Below are positions 37,354 to 46,307 of a DNA stretch of 53,973 nucleotides, piece after piece; within the stretch, counting starts at the first letter, position 1; each line of letters begins with the position of its first letter. The stretch comes from Hyphomicrobiales bacterium (GTDB lineage: Bacteria; Pseudomonadota; Alphaproteobacteria; Rhizobiales; Xanthobacteraceae). The stretch lies in NCBI GenBank assembly GCA_017304555.1, contig JAFKKS010000164.1, positions 1 to 53,973 on the forward strand. The letters are read 5' to 3'. The translations under genes were made by a program, and so were the position numbers. A model generated the notes under the pieces. That model saw nothing but the letters and a program-made list of their open reading frames with translations, had not been told where the DNA came from and did not search any database.

Positions 37354-38316
37354 ATGGCCGAACCGAAGCGCTGGCACCTCGACCTTCCGGGCACGCGTAT
37401 CGACGATGCACCCTGGCGCATCGAGGTTCTCGAATTCTCGGGATCGAAGCCAGGCCCGGCAACCGCCGTACTGTCCGGCCTGACGGGAGACAAGCCGCTC
37501 GGCATCCTCGCGATGCATGATCTCGCACGTGATCTCACCGCGCGCGACATCGCCGGCACGGTTCTCGTCATTCCCTGCATCAACCCGTTCGGCTTTCAGG
37601 CCGGCACGCGACACAACCCCGACCTCGTCGAACTCAATCGCCGCTTTCCGGGCGTACCGCACGGGCTTCTGTCCGATCAATTCGCCTATGCAATCATGCG
37701 AATGCTTGTGGACCGTGTCGAAGCGGTGATCGACGTTCACTCCGGCACAGCTGTGCGAACCACCGAATACATCTACGATTACGGCAACCTGGAGCTGTCC
37801 GCCTCGTTCGCCTACCTCCCGGTGATGGTGAACCGCGCGATCCCTGGGCAGCTTTGCACAGCGGCCAAAGCCGCCGGTCTCGATGCGGCGCTGGTGGAGT
37901 TCGGCGGGCCGGATCGCAATTCCACGCGGAAAGCTGTCGATGGATGTCTCAACATGCTGCGCTATCGCGGACATTTCGCCGATGCCGCGACAGGGCCCGA
38001 CGACGTTGCAATTCTCTCGCCGGTGCAAGCGATCGTTGCGTCTTGCGACGGCATCCTCGAAAGCGTTGTGGGGCCGCAAGACGTCGGAAACCCCATCCGC
38101 ACCGGCGTTATCGGCCATCTCACCGGCGCCGTGAGCGGCGCGCGGCTGGAGGAGTATGTCGTCGAGAAACCGCTCGACGCGGACACCAGCGCAACGTTGG
38201 ATGAAGCGCCGATCTTGATGCTCGCGCAGACAACGCCGTCACTTGTGCGTCCGGGCAATCTTCTTTTCATGATCGGCTGGCCATTAGAGCGCATCCGCAC
38301 CCCGCGCCGCGCATAG
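37354..38316 (+). CDS. succinylglutamate desuccinylase/aspartoacylase (AstE/AspA, M14-like) family protein with a non-canonical metal site
   Basis: IPCINPFGFQAGTRHNP, ELNRRFPG, IDVHSG and ALVEFGG fit the family. The expected G-x-H-G-x-E motif reads GLTGDKPLG. Confidence 0.7.
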   Translation: MAEPKRWHLDLPGTRIDDAPWRIEVLEFSGSKPGPATAVLSGLTGDKPLGILAMHDLARDLTARDIAGTVLVIPCINPFGFQAGTRHNPDLVELNRRFPGVPHGLLSDQFAYAIMRMLVDRVEAVIDVHSGTAVRTTEYIYDYGNLELSASFAYLPVMVNRAIPGQLCTAAKAAGLDAALVEFGGPDRNSTRKAVDGCLNMLRYRGHFADAATGPDDVAILSPVQAIVASCDGILESVVGPQDVGNPIRTGVIGHLTGAVSGARLEEYVVEKPLDADTSATLDEAPILMLAQTTPSLVRPGNLLFMIGWPLERIRTPRRA

Positions 38317-38492
38317 CTCAAGCGTTGACATTACGCATGCGCGACGTCGAAAATTGCGAGCGGGCGGGGGCTGCAAATGCACGACATCATTGACGCCGAT
38401 CAAGCTGAACATCCGGCCGATGCGCTGGGTGTCCCGCCCGCTATCTAGCTTCGACACAACGCTCGCAACTTTCCAACGTTGAGGAGGCCGGA

Positions 38493-39809
38493 ATGGCTTT
38501 GTCGATCGACGCGGCGGGGGCCGCGACGAAATCGGAGCGAGATGTCATGCTGAAGCGCGCGATTATCTCGTGCGCTGTCGGGCAGATCTTCGAAATTTAC
38601 GACTTCGTCATTTACGGCTTCATGGCGGCGGCGATCGCAAAGGCATTCTTTCCTGCGGCAGACCCCGTCGCGGCGCTGCTCAGCACATTCGCGACATTCG
38701 CGGTCGGCTTCCTGTTCCGGCCGCTCGGCGGCCTTGTCATCGGATCGTTCGGCGACCGCTATGGCCGGCGTCAAGCACTGGTCCTCACCATCAGCATGAT
38801 GGCAATCGCCACGGGTGCGATGGGCCTGATCCCGACCTACGCCACCATCGGCATTCTCGCACCGATCCTGCTGGTGATCTGCCGTGCGTTCCAAGGCTTC
38901 TCCACCGGCGGCGAATGGGGCGGCGCAGCGGCCTTTCTCGTGGAATATGCGCCAACGAAACATCGCGGCTTCATCAGCAGCTTCCAGCAGGCGGGTACCG
39001 CGCTTGGTCTCTTGCTTGGGACGTTGATCGCTGGCCTCTTGACCTACTTCCTCGATGCCGAATCCTTCCAGTCGTGGGGATGGCGCATTCCCTTCCTGCT
39101 CGGATTCGTGCTCGGGCCGATCGGCCACTATCTGCGTACGCACGTTGCGGAAACGCCGGCATTCAAGCAGACGGTTGCCACCGAGGCGGTCGCCAAGACG
39201 CCGCTGCGCGATGCCTTCACGACACAGAAAGGCAATCTCCTCGTCGCCTTCGCGTTCAGCATCTCGCCTTGCGTGATCTACTGGACGTTCCTGGTCTATA
39301 TGCCGACCTTCGCGCAACAGCAGTTGCAGATCAGCCCGTCGACGACACTGTTCTCGACAACGTTCGCCGGCATCGTCTACCTCATCCTCGCGCCCATCGT
39401 CGGCGCGCTCTCGGACCGCGTCGGACGCAAGCCGCTCCTCTACGTGTCGTTCGTCAGCGCCGCCGTTCTCGGCTATCCGTTGTTCTGGTACCTAGTGTCG
39501 GCGCGCAGCGTGGCCGCTCTGGTCATCGTGCAAACCGCCGCCGCGATCATCCTGACGCTCTGCGCCGGCGTGATCTGTGCTGTGCTGTCGGAAATCTTCC
39601 CGACACGCATTCGCTACACGGCGCTGTCGATCGGTTACGGCCTATCCGTCGCGATCTTCGGCGGGTTTGCAGCGCTGATCGCAACCGCGCTCATCCGCTA
39701 CACTGGCGATCCGCTTGCGCCGGCCTACTATGTGATCTTCGGCGGCGTCGCGAGCTTGATCGCCACCCTCTTCATCGTCGAACGGGCCGGAAAGCCATTG
39801 CCCGAATAA
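38493..39809 (+). CDS. MFS transporter, metabolite:H+ symporter (MHS) type
   Basis: GQIFEIYDFVIYGF, RPLGGLVIGSFGDRYGRR, FSTGGEWGGAAAF, 12 hydrophobic segments. GAGGAGG Shine-Dalgarno upstream. Confidence 0.85.
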   Translation: MALSIDAAGAATKSERDVMLKRAIISCAVGQIFEIYDFVIYGFMAAAIAKAFFPAADPVAALLSTFATFAVGFLFRPLGGLVIGSFGDRYGRRQALVLTISMMAIATGAMGLIPTYATIGILAPILLVICRAFQGFSTGGEWGGAAAFLVEYAPTKHRGFISSFQQAGTALGLLLGTLIAGLLTYFLDAESFQSWGWRIPFLLGFVLGPIGHYLRTHVAETPAFKQTVATEAVAKTPLRDAFTTQKGNLLVAFAFSISPCVIYWTFLVYMPTFAQQQLQISPSTTLFSTTFAGIVYLILAPIVGALSDRVGRKPLLYVSFVSAAVLGYPLFWYLVSARSVAALVIVQTAAAIILTLCAGVICAVLSEIFPTRIRYTALSIGYGLSVAIFGGFAALIATALIRYTGDPLAPAYYVIFGGVASLIATLFIVERAGKPLPE

Positions 39810-39833
39810 CGTCCGGCCTCGCGGCCGTGCGTC

Positions 39834-39870
39834 AAAGCCTCGGTTCCGATGGAGTCGGAACCGAGGCTTT
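39834..39870. terminator. bidirectional rho-independent-type terminator between convergent genes
   Basis: Perfect 16-bp stem AAAGCCTCGGTTCCGA / TCGGAACCGAGGCTTT with a 5-nt loop. A/T runs lie on both flanks. Confidence 0.6.
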
Positions 39871-39879
39871 ATGTTTGTC

Positions 39880-40635
39880 CTAAACGCGCCCGCCGTCGAC
39901 GGGCAGGACCTGTCCTGTGATCCAGTTTGCTTGCTCGCTCGCCAGAAAAAGCACCGCCGTCGCGATATCTTCCGCCTTGCCGAGCCGCCGCGTGTGCAAC
40001 TGCGCGATGATGCGCTCCTGCACTTCGGTGCCGTAGCGCGCCCATTGCTTGATCGTTTCCGGGTTCGATGGAATGAGACCCGGCGCGACCGAATTGACGG
40101 TGGTGCCGTGCGGGGCGAGTTCCGACGACATCTGCTTGGTCAAACCGACGAGAGCGTGCTTGGCCGCGGTGTAAGCATGAATTCCGGTCAAGCTCGGCCG
40201 CAATCCTGCGGACGAGGAAATCGTGACGATCCGCCCCCATCCGGCCTTGCGAAAATGCGGGGTCGCCGCCTGTATCAGATAAAATGCGCCGTCGACGTTG
40301 GCGCGGAAAAGCGCATGCCAATCCTCTTGCGAAATGTCTTCGATCGGACGTCCGACCTGACCGCGCACACCGCCGGCGGCGAGCGCCATCACGTCGAGGC
40401 GCCCTTCTTCGCGCAGGATCGTTTCGATCAGGCGAGCCGCAACGTCACGGTCGGAAAGGTCGGCAACATGCGCCTTGGCGCCGACTTCCTCGGCGGTACG
40501 GCGCACGCCATCGCCATCGATGTCGGCCACGTGCACGCGCGCGCCGCCTTCGACAAACGCCCGGCCGATGGCGCGACCGATCCCCTGCGCCGCGCCTGTG
40601 ACCAAGACCACGCGGCCGTCAAAACGAATATCCAT
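39880..40635 (-). CDS. SDR family oxidoreductase
   Basis: I moved the start to ATG 40635. TGAAQGIG and YTAAK motifs. Confidence 0.85.
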   Translation of the reverse strand: MDIRFDGRVVLVTGAAQGIGRAIGRAFVEGGARVHVADIDGDGVRRTAEEVGAKAHVADLSDRDVAARLIETILREEGRLDVMALAAGGVRGQVGRPIEDISQEDWHALFRANVDGAFYLIQAATPHFRKAGWGRIVTISSSAGLRPSLTGIHAYTAAKHALVGLTKQMSSELAPHGTTVNSVAPGLIPSNPETIKQWARYGTEVQERIIAQLHTRRLGKAEDIATAVLFLASEQANWITGQVLPVDGGRV

Positions 40636-40850
40636 GCGGAAGAACCTCGAATCGTCAGGAGAGAACATGCCTCTCCATGAGTTCATGTCATTGAACGATG
40701 TTCAGATATCGGCATTATAAAGAAACTGGCAGCCGCTGCCACTCGTAAGCTTGAAACCAGCGCGCAGGCCGGTGATAGCTCTTCTCAAAGTTGTGATCAG
40801 AAGCGCCCCCTTTGCTCTCGCGGCATCGGGGTCGTGGGGCGAGACGGACG

Positions 40851-41627
40851 ATGAGCAATGCAGACGTTCAATCCGTAAAATCGGGGGCGCGGATCCTCGA
40901 TCTCATGGAACTCATCGCATCGAAAGATGATGCGGTCGGATTGGCCGAAGTCGTCACAACGCTCGGTATTCCCAAGAGCAGCGCGCTCATGTTGCTGCGC
41001 ACGCTTGTCGCCAAGCATTACGTTGAACGAGAAGCCGACGGGCGCTACCGCCTTGGTCGAGCCTATCGCGCATCCAACAACGACTGGGTTGGCGGACGGA
41101 CCGCCATTCTGCGCCGCGTCGCCCGGCCGCTGATGGAGGAGCTCTGCCAAGTGGTGCAGGAGACCGTGGTCGTCGCGATCCTGACGCCCGCGATCGAGAT
41201 CCAGATCATCGAGAAGGTGCGCAGCCCTCAGCCGGTGCGGTACGAAATCGAGGTCGGCGTTCCCTACCCCGCCTATTGCACGGCGATCGGGCGCGCGATC
41301 CTCGGCTTCTCCGACCCGGCCCTCGTCGAGCACTATCTGCGCACGGCCTCGCTGGTCAAATGCACCGATCGAACGGCGACCGATATCGGCCAATTGCGGA
41401 AAATCCTCGCGCGCGTCCGCGAGCAAGGCTACGCCATCAACATTGAGGAGCACATCCAGGGCGCGTCCTCCATCGCCGCCCCGCTGCGCAACGCGACCGG
41501 CGAAGTGCTGGGCGCCTTGAATATCGGCTGCGTGACGGCGCATTTCTCGAACAATGAACAAGCGATCACCGACGCGCTCGTGGCGACGACGGCGCGTCTG
41601 AACGACAAGCTTCGAAGCCTCGCATGA
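40851..41627 (+). CDS. IclR family transcriptional regulator
   Basis: SGARILDLMELIAS and the HTH GLAEVVTTLGIPKSSALMLLRTLV, with a C-terminal effector domain. I moved the start to ATG 40851. Confidence 0.85.
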   Translation: MSNADVQSVKSGARILDLMELIASKDDAVGLAEVVTTLGIPKSSALMLLRTLVAKHYVEREADGRYRLGRAYRASNNDWVGGRTAILRRVARPLMEELCQVVQETVVVAILTPAIEIQIIEKVRSPQPVRYEIEVGVPYPAYCTAIGRAILGFSDPALVEHYLRTASLVKCTDRTATDIGQLRKILARVREQGYAINIEEHIQGASSIAAPLRNATGEVLGALNIGCVTAHFSNNEQAITDALVATTARLNDKLRSLA

Positions 41628-41636
41628 GGCGCGCAG

Positions 41637-41664
41637 ACGCCTAGCGTCCTACGCCTAGCGTCCT
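41637..41664. repeat. perfect 14-bp tandem duplication (ACGCCTAGCGTCCT x2)
   Basis: Read directly. The second copy contains the stop codon of the reductase gene at 41663-41665. Confidence 0.9.
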
Positions 41665-42679
41665 ACTTGGCGGCCAGCAGAGCGTTGAGGTTGGCGTCTT
41701 CCTGCGGACGCTTGCCGTCCTCGATCTCATGGATCATCGCCACGAGATTCTTCAGCGCCGGGCAGGCAATGCCGTAGCGGGCGCCGATCTCGGCGATCGG
41801 CGCGATCTGGAAGTCGACCTCGGTCCGCCGCTTGCGCACGGCGAGGTCACGCCAAATTCCCGAATGCGTTTTCGCGTTAGGCCGATTAAAGGCGACCATC
41901 GCGTCGACGCAGCGGCGTGCATCGTCTTCCGTCGCGCCGGGCATGAAGGCTTTCGGATCGAAGCCATTGAATCCCAGCGGCTCGATCTTCTGGGCTGCCG
42001 CGACCTGAAGCGTCTCACCTGCCAGACGCCGCCACAGCGGCAACAGTTCGGGCCGCGCCAGGCAATCGGCGATGCCGACCTGGCCGAGCGCCTGCGCAAA
42101 GAGAAGCGAGGCATAGGCAAGCTTCCCCCACAGGTAGGAGAAGATGCGATCGGTCATAATCGCTTCGGGTTCGAAATCGCGCATTACGGCATGCAGCGCT
42201 GCGAGGCGCGGCGTCATTGCGCCATCGAGCTCGCCGAGCACCACCGCGCCCCGGTTGCCGTACAAGATCTCGCCGGGTCCGTGCCAATCCGCTCCGTAAT
42301 TGATGAAGGCACCCATGGTGCGTTCGCGGCCCACGATCTTCTCGATCTCGAGTTCGCACAGCCCGTTCTGTAGCGAGAGGACATAGCCGTCGTCCGATAG
42401 ATGCGGTTTCAGCGCCGTCGCCGCCGCGCCGGTATGCTGCGATTTCACGGCGAGATAGACGTGCTGCCAGGTGCCTTTCACCTGGTCCGGCGTGAAAGCC
42501 GGCACCTTGATGGTAAAATTATCGACGGGCCCCGTGATCTGCAGGCCATGGTCGCGCACGCGCGCGACATGATCCGCGACGACGTCGACCAAGGTCACGT
42601 CATGCCCCGCACGCGCCAGATACGCACCGGCCGTGCCCCCGATCGCGCCGGCGCCCCAGATCAGAATACGATCGCTCAT
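41663..42679 (-). CDS. 2-dehydropantoate 2-reductase (ketopantoate reductase, PanE/ApbA) family oxidoreductase
   Basis: N-terminal ILIWGAGAIGGTAGAYLARAGHDVTLV Rossmann motif. About 340 aa with a helical C-terminal domain. Confidence 0.75.
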   Translation of the reverse strand: MSDRILIWGAGAIGGTAGAYLARAGHDVTLVDVVADHVARVRDHGLQITGPVDNFTIKVPAFTPDQVKGTWQHVYLAVKSQHTGAAATALKPHLSDDGYVLSLQNGLCELEIEKIVGRERTMGAFINYGADWHGPGEILYGNRGAVVLGELDGAMTPRLAALHAVMRDFEPEAIMTDRIFSYLWGKLAYASLLFAQALGQVGIADCLARPELLPLWRRLAGETLQVAAAQKIEPLGFNGFDPKAFMPGATEDDARRCVDAMVAFNRPNAKTHSGIWRDLAVRKRRTEVDFQIAPIAEIGARYGIACPALKNLVAMIHEIEDGKRPQEDANLNALLAAK

Positions 42680-42710
42680 CGGATCACCTTGTGGTCACGG
42701 AGAAGAACGC

Positions 42711-44426
42711 TTACGCCGCGAGAGCGGCGCAAGCTCCGTCAATGGCGTGGCGTGCACGGTTGCACGCGCGTATGGCGCCGACTGTGAGAAAACGCGCCGC
42801 ATCGCTGCCGGCCGTTGCGCCAGCGAGTCGCCGCACCGGATCAAGCACCGGATACGGCGTCAGCGCCAACGCAGGCTCTTGTCCGAAGCGATCGCCGCTC
42901 GTGTAATCGATCGGAACCAGATGCCGTGAAACCGTCATCAACACGGCCTGCAGTGCGGCGGCATCGCTGTCTTTCGCTTTCGCCACCCGCGCGTTGAAGG
43001 CCGCCGCCTTGCTTTTCAGATCGCGCGCAGCATCAAGCAATGGCGTCACGTCGACGCCGTTGGCGCTCGCCGGCTTCAGCGCCTCGAGCTCCTTGATCAG
43101 CGCGTCGGCATAGGCCGTGTAGTCGAGCGGAACGACCACATCCGTCAGCAGCCGCCAAAGTGCGTGCACATAGACGCGCGTGTCACGCACCAGGAGTTCG
43201 GGATCGATCTTGTCGATCGTATCGTCCGGCGTGTGCCACCACCAACCGAAGCCCGCACCCTTGCGCGTAGCCCCGCCGAAGATCGCGGCGGCGACATTGA
43301 CGCCCCCCGCCGCAGGCTGCTCGCCGCCACCCATGAAGAGCGAAGGAATGCCGATGCCCCAGAAGGATTGATCGCCGGCGCGGCTCATCCGCTCGCCGGA
43401 GAGTTCCTGCTGGCCTTGCGTCTGCACCGCTTCGGAAGCAAGCGCGCGCAACTCCGTCGACGACGGCATGTCGGCGAGAACCGTGTTGCCGCGCCCGCCC
43501 GTCGAGTCGACGTTGACATGCACGACGCAGCGCCGCGCGAGCTCTGCCCAATGCGTGTCGGCGTACCAGGTCGATCCGGAATAGCGACCATGCGAATGGC
43601 CGGACCAGAAACACAACCGCAAGCCCCGCCGGAACTCCGCCCGCCGCTCCACGAACAGGCGCGCGATCTCCAGCATCGTCGCGTTGGCCGCGCCGTTATC
43701 CATCACGCCGTAGTACCAAGTGTCGTGATGGCCAGAGAACATGACGAACGGCTCGTCCGCTCCACCGTTCGCAGTCGCAATCTCTGCGGTCAGGATCGGC
43801 GTCTTGCGCCAGCGCGTGTCGACTTCGGCGTAGAGCGTCACATCCTTCTCGCCACGCGCGATGCGCGCCTTGAGCCGGTCGCCGTCATCCTTGTTGACGG
43901 TCAACACCACGGTCTTCGGCAGGAACTCGACGGTCACCTCCGTGGGGCTGCCCCACACCGGCGAGATGCACATCTCGTGCTTGTGCTCGTGCACCATCGC
44001 ATGAATCTGCCCAAGCGCGCCGGCACGTGTCGCGCGCAGGCTGACCGCGGGAGACGCCAAGCCATCGACGAGGACGATCTTGCCGCGCACGCCCTGCTTG
44101 GCGAAATCGGCTTCGCTGCCCGCGCCCACATAGACGAGATCGCCGGAAACGCCGTCCGGCCCCGACGAACGCGAGAACGAATGCGTGATGCAATCAAGCT
44201 GATCGGCGCCGGCTGTCAGCTTCGCCTTTCCCGGCAGGCTGATATAGGCGTCGTGGAGAATCAGATCGGTCTTGAAGCCGTAGCCGTCGAGCGTCTTCTG
44301 CAGATATTTGAAGCTCTCGAGTTCTTCAGGCGTTCCGGAAAGCTTCACCCGGCGTGCGAACTCCTCCAGATGCCGCATCATCGTGTCGGCCTGAACCGCC
44401 GAACAAAGCTGCTCGATCGTCGTCAT
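42711..44426 (-). CDS. M28-family peptidase-like protein with PA domain (glutamate carboxypeptidase II / transferrin-receptor-like architecture), no signal peptide
   Basis: FSGHHDTW, VMDNGAAN, VNVDSTG and WWHTPDD correspond to M28 metal-site motifs. The Glu-Glu position reads FWSGHSHG. Confidence 0.7.
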   Translation of the reverse strand: MTTIEQLCSAVQADTMMRHLEEFARRVKLSGTPEELESFKYLQKTLDGYGFKTDLILHDAYISLPGKAKLTAGADQLDCITHSFSRSSGPDGVSGDLVYVGAGSEADFAKQGVRGKIVLVDGLASPAVSLRATRAGALGQIHAMVHEHKHEMCISPVWGSPTEVTVEFLPKTVVLTVNKDDGDRLKARIARGEKDVTLYAEVDTRWRKTPILTAEIATANGGADEPFVMFSGHHDTWYYGVMDNGAANATMLEIARLFVERRAEFRRGLRLCFWSGHSHGRYSGSTWYADTHWAELARRCVVHVNVDSTGGRGNTVLADMPSSTELRALASEAVQTQGQQELSGERMSRAGDQSFWGIGIPSLFMGGGEQPAAGGVNVAAAIFGGATRKGAGFGWWWHTPDDTIDKIDPELLVRDTRVYVHALWRLLTDVVVPLDYTAYADALIKELEALKPASANGVDVTPLLDAARDLKSKAAAFNARVAKAKDSDAAALQAVLMTVSRHLVPIDYTSGDRFGQEPALALTPYPVLDPVRRLAGATAGSDAARFLTVGAIRACNRARHAIDGACAALAA

Positions 44427-44480
44427 CGGCGTCCCTTTCGATTTTCTTGGCCTTGGTCGGCGGAAGTTTTGGCGTGAGGG

Positions 44481-45209
44481 CTATTTGCTTTCCGAGCGGA
44501 TCAGCGGGCGGCCGGTCAGGAAGCCTCCGTCCACTGCGATGCATTCACCGTTGATGTAGTCGGCGTCGTCCGAAAGCAGGAACGCCACCGTACCAGCGAT
44601 GTCAGGCGCGCGGCCCGTGCGTCCACGTGGAATCATGGTGAGGTAATGGTCGCGATACGCGTCGGACACCTGATCCTTGCGCACTTCGATCAGCCCCGGC
44701 GCCACCGCGTTGACGCGAATGCCAAGTGGCCCGAACTCGAGCGCCGCCGCTTTCGTGAACATCACGACGCCAGCCTTGGAGGTGCTGTAGTGCACTGCCC
44801 CGGCACGCGCGGAAAAGGCCGCAGCGGAGGCGAGGTTGACGATGGCGCCGCTGCCGCTCTGGCCACGCAGGCGCGCGAACACCTGCGTACACAAGAACGT
44901 CCCCCGCAGGTTGACCGCCATGACCTGGTCCCATGCCTCTACCGGCATGTCGAGCAGCGCATGGTCGGGATAGATGCCGGCGTTGTTGACCAGCGCGGTC
45001 GGCACGCCGAGATCGGACGCGACGGCCGCGAAGGTTTTGACCACATCCTCGGAGGACGAGACGTCGTTGGCGACTTCCGTCGCCGCCGCACCATCGCGGT
45101 CGATCACGGCGACGGAATATCCGTCGCCGTGCAGCCGCTCCGCCGTTGCCTTGCCGAGGCTGCGGCCAGCACCCGTAACAATCGCAACCCTGCTTTCCGT
45201 TTTTGTCAT
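44481..45209 (-). CDS. SDR family oxidoreductase (FabG-like)
   Basis: TGAGRSLG, NNAG and YSTSK motifs. Confidence 0.85.
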   Translation of the reverse strand: MTKTESRVAIVTGAGRSLGKATAERLHGDGYSVAVIDRDGAAATEVANDVSSSEDVVKTFAAVASDLGVPTALVNNAGIYPDHALLDMPVEAWDQVMAVNLRGTFLCTQVFARLRGQSGSGAIVNLASAAAFSARAGAVHYSTSKAGVVMFTKAAALEFGPLGIRVNAVAPGLIEVRKDQVSDAYRDHYLTMIPRGRTGRAPDIAGTVAFLLSDDADYINGECIAVDGGFLTGRPLIRSESK

Positions 45210-45221
45210 TCGTTGATCGCC

Positions 45222-46262
45222 TTAAGGAGAGCTGATTTCGCGGTTCCAGCGTTGGGTCCACTGCGGCCGCACCGTCGTGACGTAATCCCAATCGGCCATC
45301 TTGAGCTTTTCAAGAACGCCCTCACCCACAGGCAGCTTTGCCGCGACGTCCGGCGGCAGCTTCACTTCCTTGTTCACCGGAGCGAGGTAGGTGTGGCGGG
45401 CATTCGCCGCTTGCGCTTCGACGCTCAGCGCGAAGTTCACGTATTTCTGCGCCGCCTCGAGATTCTTGGTGCCCTTGGCGATGCCGATCGTCGAGTCGAT
45501 GATGTAGGCGCTTTCCTTTGGGATCGTCCAAGCAAGCGGCGCGCCGCCGTCGATCGCAGCCTGCCCACGATCCGACGTCCAGCTCGACATCACCACGTCA
45601 CCTTGCGTGAAGAGCTGCGCAAGCTGCGCATGCTGCGTGTAGAACGTGAGGATATTCGGCTTGAGCTTTTTCAGGAGCTCGAACCCCGGATCGACGTTCT
45701 TCACGTTTCCGCCCGCCATATCGGCGGCGGTGAGCAGAAAGAAGGCGCCGTGCGACGTCGTGATGTCCGGCACGGCGATCTTGCCCTTGTACTTCGGGTC
45801 CCACATCGCCATCCACGAGTCGGGCTTCTGCTTGATGATGTCCTTGTTGTAGACGAGCGCCTGCGCGACATACATGAACTTGGTGTAGGGGTCGCCCTTG
45901 ATCCGGAACTGCGGATAGAGCTGATTCATGTTCGGGATCTTGGCCGCATCGAGCGGCAGATAGAGGCCTTCGGCATTCGCCTGCGCAGCACCGACCTCGT
46001 CCATCATGATGACGTCGATCTTCACGTCATCCTTCTGCGCGCGCATCATTGCGACCGTCTGCATCGTGAGGCCGGTCGCGATCTTGACCTTGATGCCCGG
46101 ATTGGCCTTCTCGAACGGCTCGATGACGGCCTTCTTCCAGCCCGCCTCGAACGATCCGCCATAGACGATGACGGTCAGCTCGGTCTGCGCGAGCGCGGTG
46201 CCCGCACTAAGCGCGAAAGCCAAACCAGCGGCGAGAGCGGTGAAACATCGTTTCGGTGACAT
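45222..46262 (-). CDS. ABC transporter substrate-binding protein (PotD/PotF-like)
   Basis: I moved the start to ATG 46262 (GAGGAGAA upstream). Signal peptide MSPKRCFTALAAGLAFALSAGTALA. Confidence 0.8.
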   Translation of the reverse strand: MSPKRCFTALAAGLAFALSAGTALAQTELTVIVYGGSFEAGWKKAVIEPFEKANPGIKVKIATGLTMQTVAMMRAQKDDVKIDVIMMDEVGAAQANAEGLYLPLDAAKIPNMNQLYPQFRIKGDPYTKFMYVAQALVYNKDIIKQKPDSWMAMWDPKYKGKIAVPDITTSHGAFFLLTAADMAGGNVKNVDPGFELLKKLKPNILTFYTQHAQLAQLFTQGDVVMSSWTSDRGQAAIDGGAPLAWTIPKESAYIIDSTIGIAKGTKNLEAAQKYVNFALSVEAQAANARHTYLAPVNKEVKLPPDVAAKLPVGEGVLEKLKMADWDYVTTVRPQWTQRWNREISSP

Positions 46263-46307
46263 TCTGTTCTCCTCTGCTTCTCTTTTCCCCAACAGACTCA
46301 AAGTGAC

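Noticed and set aside
38570-39883. 437-codon plus-strand ORF overlapping the MFS gene
   Set aside because: It is an alternative frame of the MFS transporter gene. It is Arg/Pro-rich with no hydrophobic segments, whereas the 38493 frame has the MHS motifs.
44646-46259. 537-codon plus-strand ORF
   Set aside because: It is antisense to the SDR and SBP genes (44481-46262), is low-complexity and Arg-rich, and has no recognisable domain. It is a GC-driven shadow ORF.
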